From an uncultured delta proteobacterium (GTDB lineage Bacteria > Myxococcota_A > UBA9160 > UBA4427), in assembly GCA_963822965.1 (NCBI GenBank), contig CAWGJT010000010.1, positions 608,001-672,000 of the forward strand: a stretch of 64,000 bases of DNA. Reading direction: 5' to 3'. The translations under genes were made by a program, and so were the position numbers. Positions 61,281 to 64,000 of this stretch are shown here, piece after piece. Positions within the stretch are counted from its first letter, which is position 1. Every line of letters begins with the position of its first letter. The notes beneath the pieces were generated by a model. The model saw only the letters and a list, made by a program, of their open reading frames with translations, was not told the DNA's origin and made no database searches.

Positions 61281-63118
61281 TCGGCCTGGGTCGCCGGCTC
61301 GCCGCCACCGCGGTCGCCCTGCTCCTCGCCGCAGCGCTGGCGCCCCGCGCCTTGGCCCAGGCCGCGCAGGTGGCGACGGAGCCGGGACCGCACTACGTGG
61401 GCGAGCCCGTGTCCATCCGGATCACCGCCGTGGGCTTCGACGAGGATCCGCCGCCCGTCGCCGAGGCGCCGACGCCGGCCGAGGGACAGCTCGAGCTCGT
61501 CGGCGTGAGCCCCAGCGTGAGCCAATCGATCACCATCGTGAACGGGCGCATGTCGCGCACCCGCGAGGTGACGCACGTCTTCCAGTTCCGCTTCGTGGGC
61601 GATCGGCCGGGGACGGTTCGGCTGGGACCCTTCAAGGTCTCCCAGGGCAGCCGGGAAGCGACCGTCCCGATGGTCAACATCCCGCTGCAGGACGTGCCTT
61701 CGAACGACGACGTGGCCGTCGACCTTCGCATCGGGAAGGGCGCAGGGGACGCGCTCTTCGTGGGGGAACGCGTCCCCGTGACCGTCTCGTTCTCCCTGGA
61801 GAAGTCGCTGCAGCAGAACGTCCTCGAGTACACCCTGCGGGTTCCCTTCTTCGACGACCAGCAGAGCTTCCGCTTCCTCGACGACGGACACCCGGAAGGC
61901 GACACCAACGTCGTGCTCGAGACCGCCCAGGGCCGGCTCGAGCTGCGCGGGCAATCGCACGAGCACGTGGAGAAGGGCAAGCACTTCACGACGGTCTCCG
62001 TCACCCGCACGCTCGTTCCATTGCTTCCGGGTCGCCATCGCGTGCCGCCGGTGTCGTTCAACGTCGAGGAGGGCACCCGCTTCCGGCGCGACTTCTTCGG
62101 TGGGCGTCGCGCCACCCAGGTGCGGCGCTGGCGGGCCGAGACGCCGGCGCGCGAGGTGGAGGTGGCGTCGGTACCCGGGCAGCAGAAGCCGGCGAGCTTC
62201 GGCGGCGCGATCGGGCGGGGCTTCACCCTGGACGTCTCGGCGGATCGCACGGTGCTGCAGGTGGGTGACCCGATCACCCTCACCCTCGAGGTGCGGGGCG
62301 ACGGTCTCGAGACCGCCTCGCTGCCGCCGCTCGACGCGGACGGCCTGCTGCCCGCCGACGGCTTCCGCGTGCCCGCCGGTCCGTATGCCGGCGAGATCGT
62401 CGGCGACGCCAAGCGCTTCACGGTGCAGGTGCGGGTGCTCGACGAGGGGGTCTCGGCGATCCCCGGACTCGCGTACTCGTGGTTCGACCCGGACACGCGG
62501 CAGTACGAGACGACCCGCTCCCGGCCGATCGCCCTGTCGGTGCGGCCCGCCGAGGTGATCGGCGCCGGGGACGTCGAGGTGGCCCGGAGCGAGACGCCGG
62601 CCGCGCCGGTACCGGACGAGTCGTCGCCTGCGGGCGCGGGCGCCGAGTCGGCGCGCGCCCGGGGCTTTGCGCTCACCGGCGCCGATCTGGCGGTCGAGCC
62701 CGATCCCGTCCGGGTGCTGGGAGGCGGGGGTGCGTGGGGCGGGGCGTGGCTGCCGCCTGCGCTCTACGCCGGCTCGCTGGTCCTGGTGGCACTCGCCGTC
62801 TTCGACCGTCGGCGGCGCGACGTCGATCCCGAGGTGGCGCGCCGGGGCCGGGTGATCGCCGAGGCGCGCGCGCGATTGCGCGAGGCCCGGGGGCGCCCGC
62901 CGGCCGAAGCCGTGGCCGAGGCGGCCCACGCCCTCCGGAGCCTGCTGCGGGAGGCGCCCGGCTCCTCGGACGCGGCGCTGGATGCCCTCGTCGGCGAGTG
63001 TGACGCGCGCAGCTACGCGCCGCCGGGCCGCGAGCAGGCCCTGCCGCCGGACCTCTTCGAGCGTTGCGACGCCCAGGCGGAACGCCTCGCCCGGGCGATC
63101 GCGGAGCGGAGACGATGA
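61277..63118 (+). CDS. batD: BatD-family protein
   Basis: Signal peptide, SQSITIVNG, FVGE, FGGAIG, VGDPITL, YSWFDP..QY, C-terminal TM. Confidence 0.85.
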   Translation: MIGLGRRLAATAVALLLAAALAPRALAQAAQVATEPGPHYVGEPVSIRITAVGFDEDPPPVAEAPTPAEGQLELVGVSPSVSQSITIVNGRMSRTREVTHVFQFRFVGDRPGTVRLGPFKVSQGSREATVPMVNIPLQDVPSNDDVAVDLRIGKGAGDALFVGERVPVTVSFSLEKSLQQNVLEYTLRVPFFDDQQSFRFLDDGHPEGDTNVVLETAQGRLELRGQSHEHVEKGKHFTTVSVTRTLVPLLPGRHRVPPVSFNVEEGTRFRRDFFGGRRATQVRRWRAETPAREVEVASVPGQQKPASFGGAIGRGFTLDVSADRTVLQVGDPITLTLEVRGDGLETASLPPLDADGLLPADGFRVPAGPYAGEIVGDAKRFTVQVRVLDEGVSAIPGLAYSWFDPDTRQYETTRSRPIALSVRPAEVIGAGDVEVARSETPAAPVPDESSPAGAGAESARARGFALTGADLAVEPDPVRVLGGGGAWGGAWLPPALYAGSLVLVALAVFDRRRRDVDPEVARRGRVIAEARARLREARGRPPAEAVAEAAHALRSLLREAPGSSDAALDALVGECDARSYAPPGREQALPPDLFERCDAQAERLARAIAERRR

Positions 63119-63957
63119 GTGGGCTGGCGTGCACCGGGCGGCGCCCGGCCGTGGCCGCGGGCTGGGTGGCGTCGCTGGTCCTCGCGATCTTCGCCGCGCC
63201 GGGCGTTCGCGCGCAGCAGCGTTCGCTCGAGGAGACCCTCGGCGATGCGGTCCAGAGCTACACCCAGGGGCTGAACAGCGAGGCCCGCGACGCGCGCCTG
63301 GCGGAGTTCCGACGGGCCCAGCGACTGTTCGCGAATCTGGAGTCCCGGGGCGTCGCCACCGCGGACCTGTATACGAACCTCGGCAATGCGGCCCTGCAGG
63401 CGGAGGATCTGGGCGCGGCGGTGCTCGCCTACCGTCGAGCGCTGCAGCTCGACGCGGACCACCCGCGCGCCGTGCAGAACCTCGAGCACGCGCGCTCGCT
63501 GCTGCCGGCCTGGGTGCCGCGGCCCGCCCCGTCGGGCGTGCTGGACAGCCTGTTCTTCTGGCACCGCACGGTGCCCCAGCCGTTGCGGGAGCTGTTGGCT
63601 GCGCTCTGCTTCGCGCTGGCGGCGCTGCTCGTGGCCGCGTCGATCCGGCTGCGGCAGACAGCCCTGCGCAACGCGGCCGTGCTGCCGGGCCTCGCGTGGC
63701 TGGCCATCGCCGGGTCGGTGCTGCTGGATCCCGCGAGCGGTGACCGCGCTGCGGCCGTGGTCACGGCTTCCGAGACCGTGGCCCGCGCCGCGGACTCGGG
63801 GCTCGCACCCAGCGCGTTTCCGCAGCCGCTTCCGGGAGGCGTGGAGCTGCGCATCCTCGAGGCGCGATCGCCCTGGCTGCGCGTGCGGCTGGCCAACGGC
63901 CGTGACGCCTGGGTCAACGAGTCGAGCGTGACCCGGGTGGCGGAAGATGCGGGCTGA
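63115..63957 (+). CDS. batE: BatE-like TPR plus SH3 protein
   Basis: LYTNLGNA...AVLAYRRAL.L...QNL; two TM segments; C-terminal W.RVRLANG..AWV. Confidence 0.8.
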   Translation: MSGLACTGRRPAVAAGWVASLVLAIFAAPGVRAQQRSLEETLGDAVQSYTQGLNSEARDARLAEFRRAQRLFANLESRGVATADLYTNLGNAALQAEDLGAAVLAYRRALQLDADHPRAVQNLEHARSLLPAWVPRPAPSGVLDSLFFWHRTVPQPLRELLAALCFALAALLVAASIRLRQTALRNAAVLPGLAWLAIAGSVLLDPASGDRAAAVVTASETVARAADSGLAPSAFPQPLPGGVELRILEARSPWLRVRLANGRDAWVNESSVTRVAEDAG

Positions 63958-64000
63958 AGTCGGGCGGCCGATCGACCGATTCGAGACGGGCAGGACCGTC

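Overview
Very GC-rich bacterial DNA, densely coding, with no rRNA, tRNA, CRISPR array, integrase or transposase that I could recognise. PEP-CTERM proteins, a PilZ protein and a sigma-54 system point to a diderm; Myxococcota or a related deltaproteobacterial lineage is my inference only. About two thirds of the window is an actinobacterial-style lipid, steroid or aromatic catabolic toolbox. It includes an Ltp2-like thiolase-fold protein with a DUF35 partner, six acyl-CoA dehydrogenases in long/short combinations, three acyl-CoA ligases, three crotonases, a double hot-dog dehydratase, a tandem class III CoA-transferase, a P450, a ferredoxin, two LLM-class oxidoreductases, an epoxide hydrolase, and an HMG-CoA-synthase-like/DUF35 fusion beside a thiolase. 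A surface-protein block at 26-30 kb holds a rhomboid, a spherulin-4/GH135 protein with an IPTL-CTERM-like tail and three PEP-CTERM proteins; a fourth PEP-CTERM protein (a cyclophilin) lies at 52-53 kb. Also present: an HTTM-like membrane gene pair, an Asp-type (predicted fosfomycin-insensitive) MurA, a fused indolepyruvate:ferredoxin oxidoreductase, fumC, and a MoxR/DUF58/Bat operon with an unusually long BatB fusion. Four single-base frameshifts (murA, two in a ligase, one in a lipoprotein) look like sequencing errors. All product calls come from motif recognition by eye; no database searches were run.
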